Below, piece by piece: positions 14,178-27,140 of a DNA stretch of 64,000 bases. Within the stretch, counting starts at the first letter, position 1. Each line of letters opens with the position of its first letter. The position numbers and the translations under genes were made by a program. The notes below the pieces were generated by a model. The model was not told the DNA's origin. It saw only the letters and a program-made list of their open reading frames with translations, and did not search any database. Origin of the DNA: Octopus sinensis (taxonomy: Eukaryota); the NCBI RefSeq assembly GCF_006345805.1, contig NC_043008.1:48174001-48238000 (forward strand). Reading direction: 5' to 3'.

Positions 14178-15309
14178 CTGATTAATATCCGTTCCGTTGT
14201 GTCTTTCTCTAAATGGAAAATTATTTCATGGAATTATTTAGAAAGGCATCAACATCCTACAATCTCGTCCTCTCCTTTTAAATCTGAGTCCTTATTTTTC
14301 CCAGTAAACATCAACAGGCCATCTATTCAAAAGCCTCTGGGCCCAAATTTCAATTTCCATAGCCTTAACTATCAGACTTTTTTTTCTTTTACAGAGGACG
14401 CAATTTTACCACAGAAAATTTGATTGAAATTCCTTAAAGTTTGGTAACGAAGGAGCAGTTGTGAGGATTGATTCCTTAAAGGCACCGACATATTGTACAG
14501 CCTTGGTGTAGTGATGCAAAGAAGAGGGAAGCCATTGATGTAGTTTTCTGTTTTCCTGTTCTATTTATTTGGAAATCAGAGCGAGAGGCTAAGCCTGCCT
14601 CGTCTGGAATCGAACATAGAAAATAAATGGACATATTTAAATATCGTTTGTACTTCTCTTCCACCGTCCTTCCCTACATTGGCACAATGTCGTCAGAGGA
14701 GGGGTAGAGTCGACTCTACCCGTAACACTCTCTTTTTCTGCGCACTAAACTTGTACTCGTATTGTGTGTTGACGTCACTGGAGAATGGTTAATGCTTCCG
14801 TCTCTATCATGTCGTAGTCCTTCTACATTCGTTAAATTGATTCATGAACCATTGTTTCGAGTGCCTGAGGCGTTTTGTGTTGGAGCTGCAACGGAGCGAA
14901 CATATCCTTAATCAAAACATATTGTTAACAATGAAAATATAAGTTGAAACAAAATATGATATTATGAAATGTGAAGAAGAAGAAAAAGAAATAAACAAAC
15001 AAAACAGCCGGTTGCAAAATCTCAAGAAAATAAACAAAAATAGATAAAAAGTAACAATAACGTAAACTACACAAATTATGAAATTTTAGAAAAATATGTG
15101 GGTTGGTGGGGTTTGGGGTAGATATGTGGGTTTGGGAGGGGTGTCCCCCTCCACCAATGAGAAAAGAGACGGCAGCGAAATGGTTTGGTCTACTTGATAA
15201 CATTTTAAATATCTGGATTTGTATTATGTTGGATTAACCACGCTGTAATATGAATGGGACTGAAGTGGACATTCTATGGAGGAGAAGGAAAGAAAGGAAT
15301 TTAAAGGAG

Positions 15310-15322
15310 AGAAAGAAAGAAA

Positions 15323-15383
<61 letters not shown>

Positions 15384-15430
15384 AAGTAAAAGGAAAAGAA
15401 AGAAATTAAAAGCAAAGAAAGAAAGAAAGA
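15310..15430. repeat. (GAAA)n microsatellite region
   Basis: Direct read. Confidence 0.9.
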
Positions 15431-16347
15431 AAGAACTATGTATAGCCGCCAAAGTGGTTACAGAAAAAATGTCGAGTTTTCGTCAGGTTGTTAAGAGGAA
15501 AAGATTTCTGATCTGACCAGGTTTTGCGATGGTACCAGTCCTTATTTATTTCGAGCTAGAAGGGAATGCTTAAAGAATCTCTCTATATAAAACCATAAAG
15601 GATAGGTTTCTTAATATAAAATGATAAAGGATAGTTTTACTCAACTTTCATGGGCAATCTATCAGAGAACCCCATGACTCCAAGACCTTCAAGATTATCA
15701 ACAAGTATTTGGTTTTCAATAGGCTCCTGCTGCCATTAGACGTGACCACTTCTAAGAAAAGAGTTTTCCAATGAAGGACGTTCCATCCCACCATCTTAAT
15801 CGCAAGAGCCAAATGTCATGGCAGTTCGATTTTATCGACGTCATCTCCTGCTTTCCACAATCATAATTCTACTACAAGTGATTGATCAGAAAGAGAGAGC
15901 TTCTTTTTTAACGTATACAAGACATCAGTTTAGGGTTTGTTTCAAAACGATTCTCTCAAAAGATTTAAGATTAAAAGAGATTTTAGAACAATACTTTCAC
16001 CATTTCAGCTATCGTGTGTTCGGTGGTGAAATTGTGGGGAAAGCTTTCTTTTTTAGTGTTTGAACTCTTCTTCAAGAGTCTTATAGTACGAAGTCTCTTC
16101 AGAGGAGACTTTGAAATGATTGAGACAGGACCTGTAGTAGAGGAAATTGTGTTTGGTTAATTACAAGAGTCCAGAGTTGTACGAAAAAGATGTGAATAAC
16201 TTCGTTAAGAAACAGAAATTAGCTGCCTTTCAACAATCTGAAAGAACCTCATCAGAATGTGAGACGAATCCTTATGAGAACAGCTGGACTCTGAGAAGCT
16301 GGACCAAAATCAAAACAGATTCATATCAGAAGAACTGAGGAATTTTC

Positions 16348-16406
<59 letters not shown>

Positions 16407-16615
16407 TCTCTCGTACGTTGACGTGAACTGACTGACATTGTGGGAACGCACTACACTTCGAGAATGTTGAGTCAAGTGCAAATCATTGTTTTGTTAGACT
16501 TTTGCAATATTTTCGAATTATCCAATCGAATAACGATAAGCATCCATTCTGGATACTTTCTTTTAAAATAAATTCACCCCAGAATCTTCTGCTTCTGCTG
16601 TTTTTTTTTCTTCAG

Positions 16616-16745
16616 TAACAGATCTTCCTTTAAATAAAAATTCTAAGAGGCTTAGAAGAGATTTGTCTTCTTCAATAATTTCCTCCGCTCCCACCCCCAG
16701 CAACCTGCTACCATCCACTTTGGTTAAAGAACCTACCAAACTCAG
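16616..16745 (+). CDS. Candidate internal exon of an unidentified host gene (TDLPLNKNSKRLRRDLSSSIISSAPTPSNLLPSTLVKEPTKL)
   Basis: Strong acceptor TTTTTTTTTCTTCAG, donor CAG|GTGAGA, 130 nt open in phase 1->2. No homology recognised. Confidence 0.35.
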
Positions 16746-17361
16746 GTGAGAAACCGTGTGATTTTTCAATTGTTAAATTCTAATTTTTAATTCTTCATAT
16801 TTGCTTTTTTAATTGATCGTTCTTTTGTTCTACATAATGTTATTTATTACGAAATAACAAATTTAATGTTTCATTTTAATGTCTGTTTGTTGTTTATCTT
16901 CGAAGCAGGAAAATATTGGAAACGAGGTGTGACCTTTTTTAATCTATTAATTTTAGGTTTTGTATCGATTTATTTTTGTTATTTTATTCTATTATTACAC
17001 TGTTTCATTTTGCGTTTTTATTCTATTGGTTCATTGTTTTATTAATGTTCAAAGGTTGCTTTGGGTATAGACGTTCGATCTTAGTTGAAATTTTCAATCG
17101 ATTTGTCCCTAAATACATATATTTTAATTGATGTGGTAATGAATGAAGCATGTTAAAGATAACATTTCTGATAGAAAATCAGCAAATATTTACTCTGCTG
17201 AAATAACAATGGCCGCGTTGTACAAATATCGATAAATTCATTTATATCAATACTCAGCGCGCAGTATCGAGTTCTTTCATAATTAAGGACTAAGGATACC
17301 AGATCAGAATCCTCCGTTTACACAGAATTACATTCACACACACACACATACATACCTACAT

Positions 17362-17573
17362 ATTAAAAATGGGGAAGGCCGGTTTATGGGATTACCTTAG
17401 GTTTCCCGTCCATAAAGGGTTTAGCTTTATGGCATATCGGCATTTCCTCCTCCATATTTTTAGAGGTCTTGGGCCAACAGGCTTTTGGGGTTTCACGATA
17501 CGCCATAAACCTAAACCTTCTATGGATGGGAAACCTAAGGAAATCCCGTAAACCAGCTTTCCCCATTTTTAAT
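17362..17573. mobile_element. Fold-back/MITE-like element with 78-bp inverted arms
   Basis: 17362-17439 versus the reverse complement of 17496-17573 differ at 9 of 78 positions by manual alignment. The ORF track shows mirrored peptides MGKAGL... on both strands. Confidence 0.8.
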
Positions 17574-18259
17574 CTATACTGCTCTACATCTTAGAGTGTA
17601 TTTCTTCGTTCAGATTTATGTTTTTTTTATAAACTATATATATATATATATGGTGGCTGTCTGCTCCTTTCAGAGCCTGACCTCTTTCTGTACCTATAAC
17701 GACTTTTCTTATCATGAGATCTTATATATACTTACATAGATGCTTGCATACATGCGTGTATACATACGTGTGTATATGTGTGTGTTTGGTGAGTGGTGTG
17801 TGCGTGTGCATGTGTAAGTGTTAGATAAAGAAGAATCTAGAAGTAGGGCGAGAGGGAAAGACAATAGGGACGAAACGATGACGTATAAAGATAATAGACG
17901 CATGGCTAAAGGCATTGGTAGGAAGGAAGGAAACAATGCAAAGGAAGGAAGGAAGGAAGGAAGGATATCCCCGTTGCCATGGTTGAGGGTCGGAAACGTT
18001 AAACACAACTGTTTCCTTCCGTCTGCGGGTTCAAATACACTCGATGGACGACGAACTCTCTTTGCTTTCAACTTACTCTCGGGCTTACCTCCCTTAGCCG
18101 TCATTTTTTTCAGATATACAAACAAGGTTTATACTCGAAACCGTCCTTTTCCTTTGTGCCGTTCTCCTCCATGGCTACCCAACCTAAATCACCCGCCCAG
18201 CTCTTATTATTAGCGGTGTAGCTGTTGATACAAGTGGGTTGTCTCCACAAAATTGTTTA

Positions 18260-18450
18260 ATAATAATTCTGTCTACTCTGGACACAAGACTTGAAATTTA
18301 GGGGAGAAGGCGGGGCTAACTGTATCGACCCTCTCCCCCTCCCCTCGAATGCTCAACTGGGGCTTATCTTTATCGACCCCGAAAAGGATGAAAGGCAAAG
18401 TTGACTTCGGTGGTGTTTGAACTCAGAACGCAAGGCCGAAAGAATTGGCA
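18260..18450 (-). mobile_element. SINE family A (5'-degenerate)
   Basis: GGATGAAAGGCAAAGTTGACTTCGGTGGTGTTTGAACTCAG and tail ACTCTGGACACAAGAC. Confidence 0.85.
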
Positions 18451-19499
18451 ACAAAAATGGCAATGATGATGATGATGATAAGAAGGAGGAGGAGGAGGAG
18501 GAGGAGGAAGATAATGATGGTGATGATGATGGTAATGATGAAAATACTGAAGCTGATAACAATCGTATAAATTTGATAAAAACGCCGTTCATATTCGATG
18601 TTTGTAACTTAAACGACGTGAAATTTTATGAAAAAAAACGAATAAAAGTTATTACGCAGTTGAAAGTGGATCCATTTGAATTTAATCTAAAGAAAGGTAA
18701 ATAGAGAAAAAGGTTTAAATATTTCTTTTTGAATTAACAGAGGCATGAAGTAGCGAAATATGAAATGAAACTATGAAAGGAAATCGTGAAGTAGATTTAA
18801 GATGAGAAGGAAGAGAAGAGGGAGAGAAATATGAATAAATTAGAAGAAAAGCTAGACATTGAATGAAACAGAAACAAGAATATCAACAATGGATGCGCGA
18901 AAATTGAAAGAGGGGGGGGTAACTACCTTCACTTATTAAACTAAACAATACAATGAATAAATTGGTTTTAGGATAATTAAAAGAATCAAAAAATTTTAAT
19001 TTTTTTAATTAAAAGGGGAATAAATTAAATAAAATAAAGGCTTAAAACAAGAGTTAAAAATTTTTAAATAAGAAATTTTAAAATTTTAAAATATCATATT
19101 TTCTAATATTAATGTGTGATGTCTGTGTGTGTGTGTGTAGATTGAAAATGGGAAAAAATATTGGCTGTTTGTGGTTGAAATAAAATAATATAAAAAATAT
19201 ATTAAATTAGAACAAAATTTCAAAATAGGGAAATAGATTATGAAAGTTTTAAAAGTTGAAGTAATGTTGGAGGTGGGTGAATATATTAAGGGACTGAAGG
19301 AGAAAGGATCTATAATGATAGTCAGGAAAATGTTAAAATTTAAGAATAAGGAAAAAGAGGAGCTGAATATATTGTGGAATTAAAGGGGAAAAGGTATAGA
19401 AACGTTGTAAGGGTTAGGGTTAGAGTATCAGGCAAAGGAGTTTGTTGTTTCCTGTAAAAATATATTAGTGTAATAAATAAGTTAATATTACTTTGAAAT

Positions 19500-19655
19500 A
19501 TTGGCAAAAGACCAGCATTTTCGAGGAAGAGGGTACGTCGAATATTTCGATCCTAATTCTCAGTTGGTACCTATTTTATCGATCTCGAAAGGATGAAGGC
19601 AAAGTCGTCCTCAGCGGAATTGGAATACAGAGTGTAAAGACGGACGAAATGCCCA
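19500..19655 (-). mobile_element. SINE family A (degenerate)
   Basis: GAAAGGATGAAGGCAAAGTCGTCCTCAGCGGAATTGGAATACAG. Confidence 0.8.
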
Positions 19656-19689
19656 CATTATAAGTAGATGACCGAAAATATCCTCATGG

Positions 19690-20030
19690 TATTAGGTACC
19701 TAAGGGATATAATATGGTAACTGGAACACTATAGAATGAAATCCGTAAAAAGGATAATCGTCAGGAGACAAATACAGGAAACAATTGTGATTTGAGTATA
19801 ACTACACATAATTCGAAAGAATTCTGGCCGAATGTCTCTGTCGAGGGTTCTATAAAATGCAAGCAAACACACACCAGACATAATAATCTAGGGCAGAGAA
19901 AAGAAACTCTACAGAGGAGTTGAAATCAGTTTCCCAACAGACGTCAACATATATTGAAAAGAAAGGGTCTGAAAAAGAAAGCATCGTAAGCGAACTGATC
20001 AGAAATCTAGAGGTAGGCCATCAACACAAT
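19690..20030 (+). mobile_element. Decayed R4/Dong-like LINE C-terminus (restriction-like endonuclease)
   Basis: HTPDIII*GREKKLYRGVEISFPTDVNI..KE (cf. N.PDI...D...K.C.IIDV..P.D.NI..KE), with nearby IQET..I...HIIRK. Confidence 0.45.
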
Positions 20031-20450
20031 CACTTCAGCTTTCGATCCTTACTGGAACGACTGAGTGCGTGACTGTCTCTGCGGCGCTCTTCCTGAGAAG
20101 CTGCGATTCATAAAACCAGAATGAATACGGCTAATCAGACGGTTACGTTTACAAACTGTCAAAGGAACGGTCAAACTATCTGAAACATTCACCTTTCAGC
20201 ATGGAATATGCGCCTATGGGAAGACGTCTGCTGCGTATATGCCTACATATGCGCATGCATACACGTCTGATTGCATATATACAAATGCAGGCATACATAT
20301 ATATGTATACATACACACTTCACCTGAACTACTCTGTTTGATATTGACTAGATTCGAATGACAGCCTCTCGTATCTCGGTTAGAAACCGACTCTTTTTTC
20401 CGTCGGTGAGAGATTTAAAAAGTAAGTCAAGGAGATTTATACGTAGTTAC

Positions 20451-20459
<9 letters not shown>

Positions 20460-20504
<45 letters not shown>

Positions 20505-20594
20505 TGAGAGATGCATACATATGGTAGAAAGAAAGAATGAACAAGCAAACATCTCTATATGCACACACGCACTCATACATACATACATATATAC

Positions 20595-20625
<31 letters not shown>

Positions 20626-20695
20626 TGTATGTATGTATGTATGTATGTATGTATGTATGTATGTATGCATGTATGTATGTATGTATGTATGTATA
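20460..20695. repeat. (GA)n and (TATG)n microsatellites
   Basis: Direct read. Confidence 0.95.
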
Positions 20696-21110
20696 TATTG
20701 GCAGCATGTCAATTATTAAAACCAAGCTAAATCCCACATACTTTTTGCGTTTAATTTTTTTTAAACTTAATAAAAATCAAATATTAATGGTCCGTAAGGA
20801 ATGGAATTACGTAAAAGAAACGTGTTGCTTTTTTATATTTTAATTCTTATTAATCAAATTTATTTGAAATAAGCCGTTATAAAGAACAGGTTACTCGAAA
20901 ATGTCAGTTCTTTAACCTCATTGAATGGGGCTGCAGTTAAAATGTGTTTTCACCATTTAATTTAACGCATCTGTGCACCAATTTGCCAGCTTTTTTTCTT
21001 CTTCAAAATGTTTAATTATTTTTTATTATATTTCTTTTTTACTATTCAAGTCTGCTGCTTTTGAAGATCATAATCGTTTCAGAGAATGATGCAGTTTGGT
21101 GTTTTTTAAG

Positions 21111-21233
21111 CAAAGCCAGCGCTGCCGGTTCCATTCCTTGGCAAAGCATTCACTCCGGGACGACGGCGTAACTCGACATCGAAAACAATGGGATATTTGT
21201 GGAGACAAAAGAAGAATTTTACCATAGTCTTCG
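21111..21233 (+). CDS. Candidate symmetric exon (KPALPVPFLGKAFTPGRRRNSTSKTMGYLWRQKKNFTIVF)
   Basis: GTTTTTTAAG acceptor, CG|GTAAAT donor, 123 nt open in phase 1->1, GC-richer than flanks. The minus strand is also partly open, so orientation is ambiguous. Confidence 0.25.
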
Positions 21234-21354
21234 GTAAATAGAACGAGATTAGGATAGCTTTAATCTGTTGGTTTCGGATTAACCTGGTATTAAACAACAA
21301 CAGCAGCTACTACAACTACTACTACTACTACTACAACTATTGTTTGCGTGTGTG

Positions 21355-21625
21355 CATACATACATACACACACACATACATACACACATAGATACATCAT
21401 ACATACATACATACATACATACATACATACTTACATACATACATACATACGTACATACATCATACACACACACACACACACATACATACATACATACATA
21501 TATACAAACATACAAACATACATACATACATACATCATATACACACACACACACACATACATACATACATACATACAAACATATATACATACATACATAC
21601 ATACATACACACACATACACATATG
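21355..21625. repeat. (CATA)n/(CA)n compound microsatellite
   Basis: Direct read. Confidence 0.95.
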
Positions 21626-22630
21626 AGCTGTCTCCACGCAGTTTCATGTGCAGCAAATTCGCTCTCATAAAACTAAAGGTATTGGTTGACCCCGGACTAT
21701 AACAGTTGATACCCTAAACTACCGCGTACTGTGGTAGAACCTGAAACCAAGGGGTTTTCGAAGAAACACGTGTTACAGCCGTACACGCAACCGAACCTGC
21801 GCCTCATGCATCAAATTACTTTTGTTCTCTGTTCAAAATTCTACGTTTTTCTTTGGGTGGGGAGAGAGAGGGGGGTGTTTTTGTTAATTATGATTTGAAA
21901 CAAAAATAATTCACAGTTGTCTTTCCACGTGATAGTTCAAATTGTTCTACCTTCGATTGACGTGTCAAATATTCTGACGGCTTTCTGTAGGCAGACCAAT
22001 ATCTCATTTTCATTTGAGAGAACGTGATCCGTCTAATGACAACCCCCACCTTTCTTACACGCGTACGCACACGCACACACATATATACTAGCAGACAAAT
22101 ACGGTTCCCTTTCACACATATGCAAAACACTCATATATACACACTCATATATATACACTGTTGATGACGACGAAATATCGTATCTGCTCCGAAGGCTATA
22201 ACATATCTTTGCTGTCTTGGACAATCTCACATTATCAAATGTTGCATGTAATAACAGAGTTCTGCTGAAATAGTGAAATGTGCCAACAGCATTTATCTGT
22301 GTGTTAACAGCCAAATGATATGCAGCGATTGGTGAAATCTGTGTGTGTTAATGCCAACATCGAGATAAACTTTGTAGTAATATTTCTCAGAACAATGCTC
22401 CCCACCTTCAGCTGCAGTAATGACCCCTGTTATGACAGCAACACTGCAACTACCTGCAGTTAACACTCTTACCAACCAACACTGTGTAGCATAGAAATAA
22501 TTAACGCCGGCAGTAATTAACGCGAGCAATAATTAACACAGCAATTTACACACTTCGAAAACAATGGCAGTGGGTCAAAGATTGAAATTAACACTCTTCA
22601 ACAGTTGACTCTGTTAACTGAGTAACAACA

Positions 22631-23187
22631 GTAGTTTACACATTAACACTTAACACGTTGCTGTAGTTTACACAGTAACAGTTAACATACTGCGGTAGTT
22701 TACACAGTAACAGTTAACACACTGCGGTAGTTTATACAGTAACACTTAACACAGTGCGGTAGTGTACACAGTAACAGTTAACATACTGCAGTAGTTTACA
22801 CATTAACACTTAACACGTTGCTGTAGTTTACACAATAACAGTTAACACACTGCAGTAGTTTATACAGTAATAGTTAACACACAGCAGTAGTTTACACATT
22901 AACACTTAACACGTTGCTGTAGTTTACACAGTAACAGTTAACACACTGCGGTAGTTTATACAGTAACACTTAACACACAGCAGTAGTTTACACATTAACA
23001 CTTAACACGTTGCTGTAGTTTACACAGTAACAGTTAACACACAGCAGTAGTTTACACATTAACACTTAACACGTTGCTGTAGTTTACACAGTAACAGTTA
23101 ACACACAGCAGTAGTTTACACATTAACACTTAACACGTTGCTGTAGTTTACACAGTAACAGTTAACACACTGCGGTAGTTTACACAG
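22631..23187. repeat. 32-bp minisatellite, 17 full units plus a partial unit
   Basis: Unit GTAGTTTACACA(G/T)TAACA(G/C)TTAACAC....GC. recurs every 32 bp from 22631 to 23175. Confidence 0.97.
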
Positions 23188-25920
23188 CTGAGATGGTAGA
23201 GTACCTTACCAAGAGCTTACACAATGAATTAGTTTACTCAACTAATAAACAGCAGGATGTGTCATAGAGCTACGGTTAACGTGTCTTGTACTCTGCCACT
23301 GTTTGGCGAGCAGTGTTGGTCTGTTTGTGTCCCTGTAAGTCTTATGCGGTTCGGCATAAGAGACCGACAGAAATCGAACCAGACTTAAAAAGAGAAAGTC
23401 ACAGAAAGACAGGAAAGGAGAGAGAGAAAGAAGAGATTAGTATTCACATAAGAGCGATGGAGGGGGAGATGGGGAGAGGGGTAAGCGTGGGATAGAAAGA
23501 GGAACAGAGAAAGTCAAAGAAGTGAAAAAGAAAAGAGAAAGTGAAAGTAAAAGAGGAAAATGGTAAATGGTGGTGGTTATGGAGGGGGTGGTGTCAGTGG
23601 TGGTGGAGATAGTGGTGGTGGTGGTCATGGTGGTGGTCATGGTGGTGGTCATGTAATGGTTCATGATGTTTATAAGCTGTTCGGAGTCATGATGAAGATA
23701 GAGTAACAGGATGATAACGTTACAGTCCCCAGTCTATGAGCATATGTGTGTGTCTATGTATATATATATATATGTATGTATATACATGTGTATGTATTAT
23801 GTATGTATGTGTATATATATGTAAGCATATATGCGAGTATGTATTCACGTATGTATGCATACATGTATGTATGTATGTATGTATGTATGTACATGCATAC
23901 GTGTGCGTGAATACTTGTGCATGAGCCTGTAAGAGAATGTTTGCGTTGGTATGTGTGTGGAGGTAGGTGGGCGTGCAAGCGTATACCCCGTACACATCAT
24001 TGCCTGCTTCCATGTTCGTACACCCGTGTCCACACGTCTCCTCACGTCCCCCCCCCCTATGCTTCTGCACCTCGCCTCACGCCTCTGCATTATTTTACAG
24101 CCGCATCGATCCACCGGTGCCACCCTTTTCTTTTGTTTTGTTTTTTCTTCTTATCTTTCACTGCTACCACTTCAACAAACACTTGTCGAAATTTCCTTTT
24201 CCCTTTCTCCCTCCCTCTCTCATCTCTCCTCTCTGTCTCCACCTCTCTCCCCTCCATCCTCTCTCTCTCTCTCTTCTTTTCTTACCTGTCATTCGCCGTC
24301 GTCTTCTCCACCATCACAATAACCACAGACAGCGAAGATTGTGGATTTTCTTTCCTGCGGGTCTCGCTTGTCCTTAGTGTTAAATCTAAGACAGAAGAGA
24401 ATTCACTCCCGCCCTATGAACTGAGAGGTTTGTGGTTCACTTCTCAGCATTGTTCTATACTGTGTCACAAACAAAGACGTCATCTCTCAACTATTCTTGT
24501 ATCAAACATTATCCTGCAAAGCAAATAACACCTCTTGTCATTGTTCCTCCGCCACAGGAACCCGTGGCTGTTAGGAGCAGTTACACCAGATTGATCTTTT
24601 AAAACAAAAATCGTTCTGGATTCTCGAACAAAATCTCTAATTTGAAGAAATCTGGCAGACCTCAGGACCGGATGGTTAAATCCACCTCGGTATTTCACTG
24701 GAACTACATTTTAATGGTCCAGTGTCAATTGTCCGATGTAAAGGTGTAATTCGGAGAGCGTAGTGATATGAGTTATGATTCGTCAGTCTGGCATAAATCA
24801 CTGATTTCACTTTGAGGCTGTGAATTGGTGGCAGAGGTGGTGGTCGTGGTGGGAGGGGCATTAGCGTGTCTAACATCTGTAGTTTACCTTCAGCACAGTT
24901 TCATGATTAATTATTCAGTTACAGCATCGGTGTTGGATATGATGTCTGTGTGAGGGAGAGAACGAGAAAGGTGGAGGGAAAACAAGAGAGAGAGAGAAAG
25001 CGAGAGAGAGAGAGAGAAAGCGAGAGAGAGAGAGAAAGCGAGAGGGAGAGAAAGGGAGCGAGAGAGAGAAGTGGAAGAGAAAACAAAGCAAACAGTAAGG
25101 AGGCTGAGATGAAAAGGTTTATGAAGCAAACAATTATGGAAATTGTGAACTGCACATCAATATTTGAATAGGAGCTAACACCTCAAATCCTTAGTAACGC
25201 CTGAGTGGGAATTTGTTTTTCAATTAAACATTTATTAAAGAAAAGAGAAAAACTTTGACAAAATGTCTGCGAGACAGTTTCACACATTTTCTCGTGTTTT
25301 TCCTCGGTTTTCAACGTTTAATGACGACTGACAAACTACTAAGACTTCTGGTTCAAATGATTTTTCTGTGAACACAAAACTACTCAAAATTCTTGCCTTC
25401 AGGTTCGTGGCTGTTATTTTCTTTTTTGTTTGTTTGTTTCTAATTATTTATTGTTGCTTGTTGTTTTGTTTTATTTTTCTTTGCGAAATGAAACATGAAA
25501 CAAAATGCCGTCTTCATATTCCACTCTTCCACTGTCCTGACAAGAAATGCGATGTACTTTTTTTAAAACCATTTCGCTTTAGATGTTACTGGATGATATT
25601 TTGAAATATATTTTATACTAAAATGATTCCAAATACCAAATATGACGCCGATGGTATCAGGTATTATTTTTTTATTTATTCATTTATTTCCTTCATAAAT
25701 CTTTGCTTACGAAGATGGCAATATTCTAGTCTCTAAGTTTAGAGAACACCACAAAAAATAACAACATTAATGTAATGAAGTTTTAGACAAATTGATTTGG
25801 TGAGAAATTATTAATGGTTTGTCTGTGTAAGTGTATGTATGTATGCATGTATGTATGTATACATATCTAGACACATACATATATATATATATACATATAT
25901 ATATTTATATATATTTATAT

Positions 25921-26056
<136 letters not shown>

Positions 26057-26226
26057 CACACAAAACCGTTAGATTCACTTCAACATTTAAGTTTAATTTG
26101 TCAAAATATTTTCGTCGCTTTGAGTCAAAACTACCAAAATAAGAGGACCAAACGCAGTCATTTCGCACTTACACCATTTTCAACTATTTGCTGATCTTTC
26201 ATGACTTAACCAAAACTGATTCTTAC

Positions 26227-26319
26227 AGTTAGATTTTCCGTTCCAGATCGTAAAATACTGAAAGTCGGAGTAGTTGTTTTGTCTCGGCAGAACACACGGT
26301 TGGCCCACGTTAAGCAACG
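26227..26319 (-). CDS. Candidate symmetric exon (LLNVGQPCVLPRQNNYSDFQYFTIWNGKSN)
   Basis: Acceptor CTGTTCTGTTTGTTTAAG, donor ACT|GTAAGA, 93 nt open in phase 1->1. Confidence 0.35.
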
Positions 26320-26395
26320 CTTAAACAAACAGAACAGCCTACCTTCTCCATACCTGCACCTACACACCAACAGATACGCACCCACATATTTGTCA

Positions 26396-26852
26396 CTCCG
26401 TCGGGTACGACGACGGCTATTCCAGTTGATCCGATCAACGGAACAATCTACTCGTGAAATTAACGTGCAAGTGGCTGGGTACTCCAGAGACACTTAACGT
26501 AGTTCTCAGAGAGATTCGGCGTGACACAGAATCTTTACTACTCTAGGCACAAGGCCCGAAATTTTGGAGGAGGAGGCTAATTGATTAGATGAACTCCAGT
26601 ACATAACTGGTACTTAATTTATCAACCCTGAAAGGATGAAAGGCAAAGTCGACCTCGGCGGAATTTGAACTCAAAACATAAAGACAGACGAAATACCGCT
26701 AAAGATTTCGCCCGGCATGCTAACGTTTCGGCCAGCTCGCGGCCTTCAGCGTGATACAGAATGTGACAAGGCCGGTCCTTTGAAATATAAGTGCAACTTA
26801 TTTTTATCTTAGGGTGGTGAGCCGAATGTCCTAACCCCTAAACCGTGCACCT
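26396..26852 (-). mobile_element. SINE family C interrupted by a nested family A SINE
   Basis: Family C sequence on both sides of 26533-26744. 18-bp duplication at 26515-26532 and 26745-26762. Confidence 0.88.
26533..26744 (-). mobile_element. SINE family A, full length, nested insertion with TSD
   Basis: Head GGCCGCGAGCTGGCCGAAACG, tail GGGCCTTGTGCCTAGAGTAGTAAAG. TSD TTCGGCGTGACACAGAAT / TTCAGCGTGATACAGAAT. Confidence 0.92.
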
Positions 26853-26923
26853 AAACCCACATCCACACATACACTCCTATACACATACATATACACAGAC
26901 ACACATACAACCAGAACAATGTA

Positions 26924-27140
26924 GGACGGAATGCTGAAAAATTCCTGGCTTTAAGGGTATCGCGAAAGGTCTGGTTGGAAGCAAAACCTTCCGACTTCTT
27001 TTACAGGGCCTAGAAAAACTGAAGGGCCACTGCAAGAAGTGTGCGAATCTGAGGGGGGAATATGTTGAATAAAACCATAACTAACTGATCCTGTTGTATT
27101 TTCTTTTACACAAAACCAGGAACTTTTCAGCACCCCCTCG
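26924..27140 (+). mobile_element. Mariner-derived MITE
   Basis: About 28-bp imperfect TIRs (GGACGGAATGCTGAAAAATTCCTGG / CCAGGAACTTTTCAGCACCCCCTCG) with TA on both sides. Internal ...CKKCANLRGEYVE* matches mariner transposase C-termini. Confidence 0.75.

Noticed and set aside
15600-16340. Coding-like composition, possible BEL/Pao remnant
   Set aside because: Stops in all frames and no diagnostic motif could be identified with confidence.
19411-19423. GGGTTAGGGTTAG telomere-like motif
   Set aside because: Only two units, expected by chance.
22631-23187. Regular 32-bp array as a CRISPR
   Set aside because: The units are contiguous with no unique spacers, and the context is eukaryotic.
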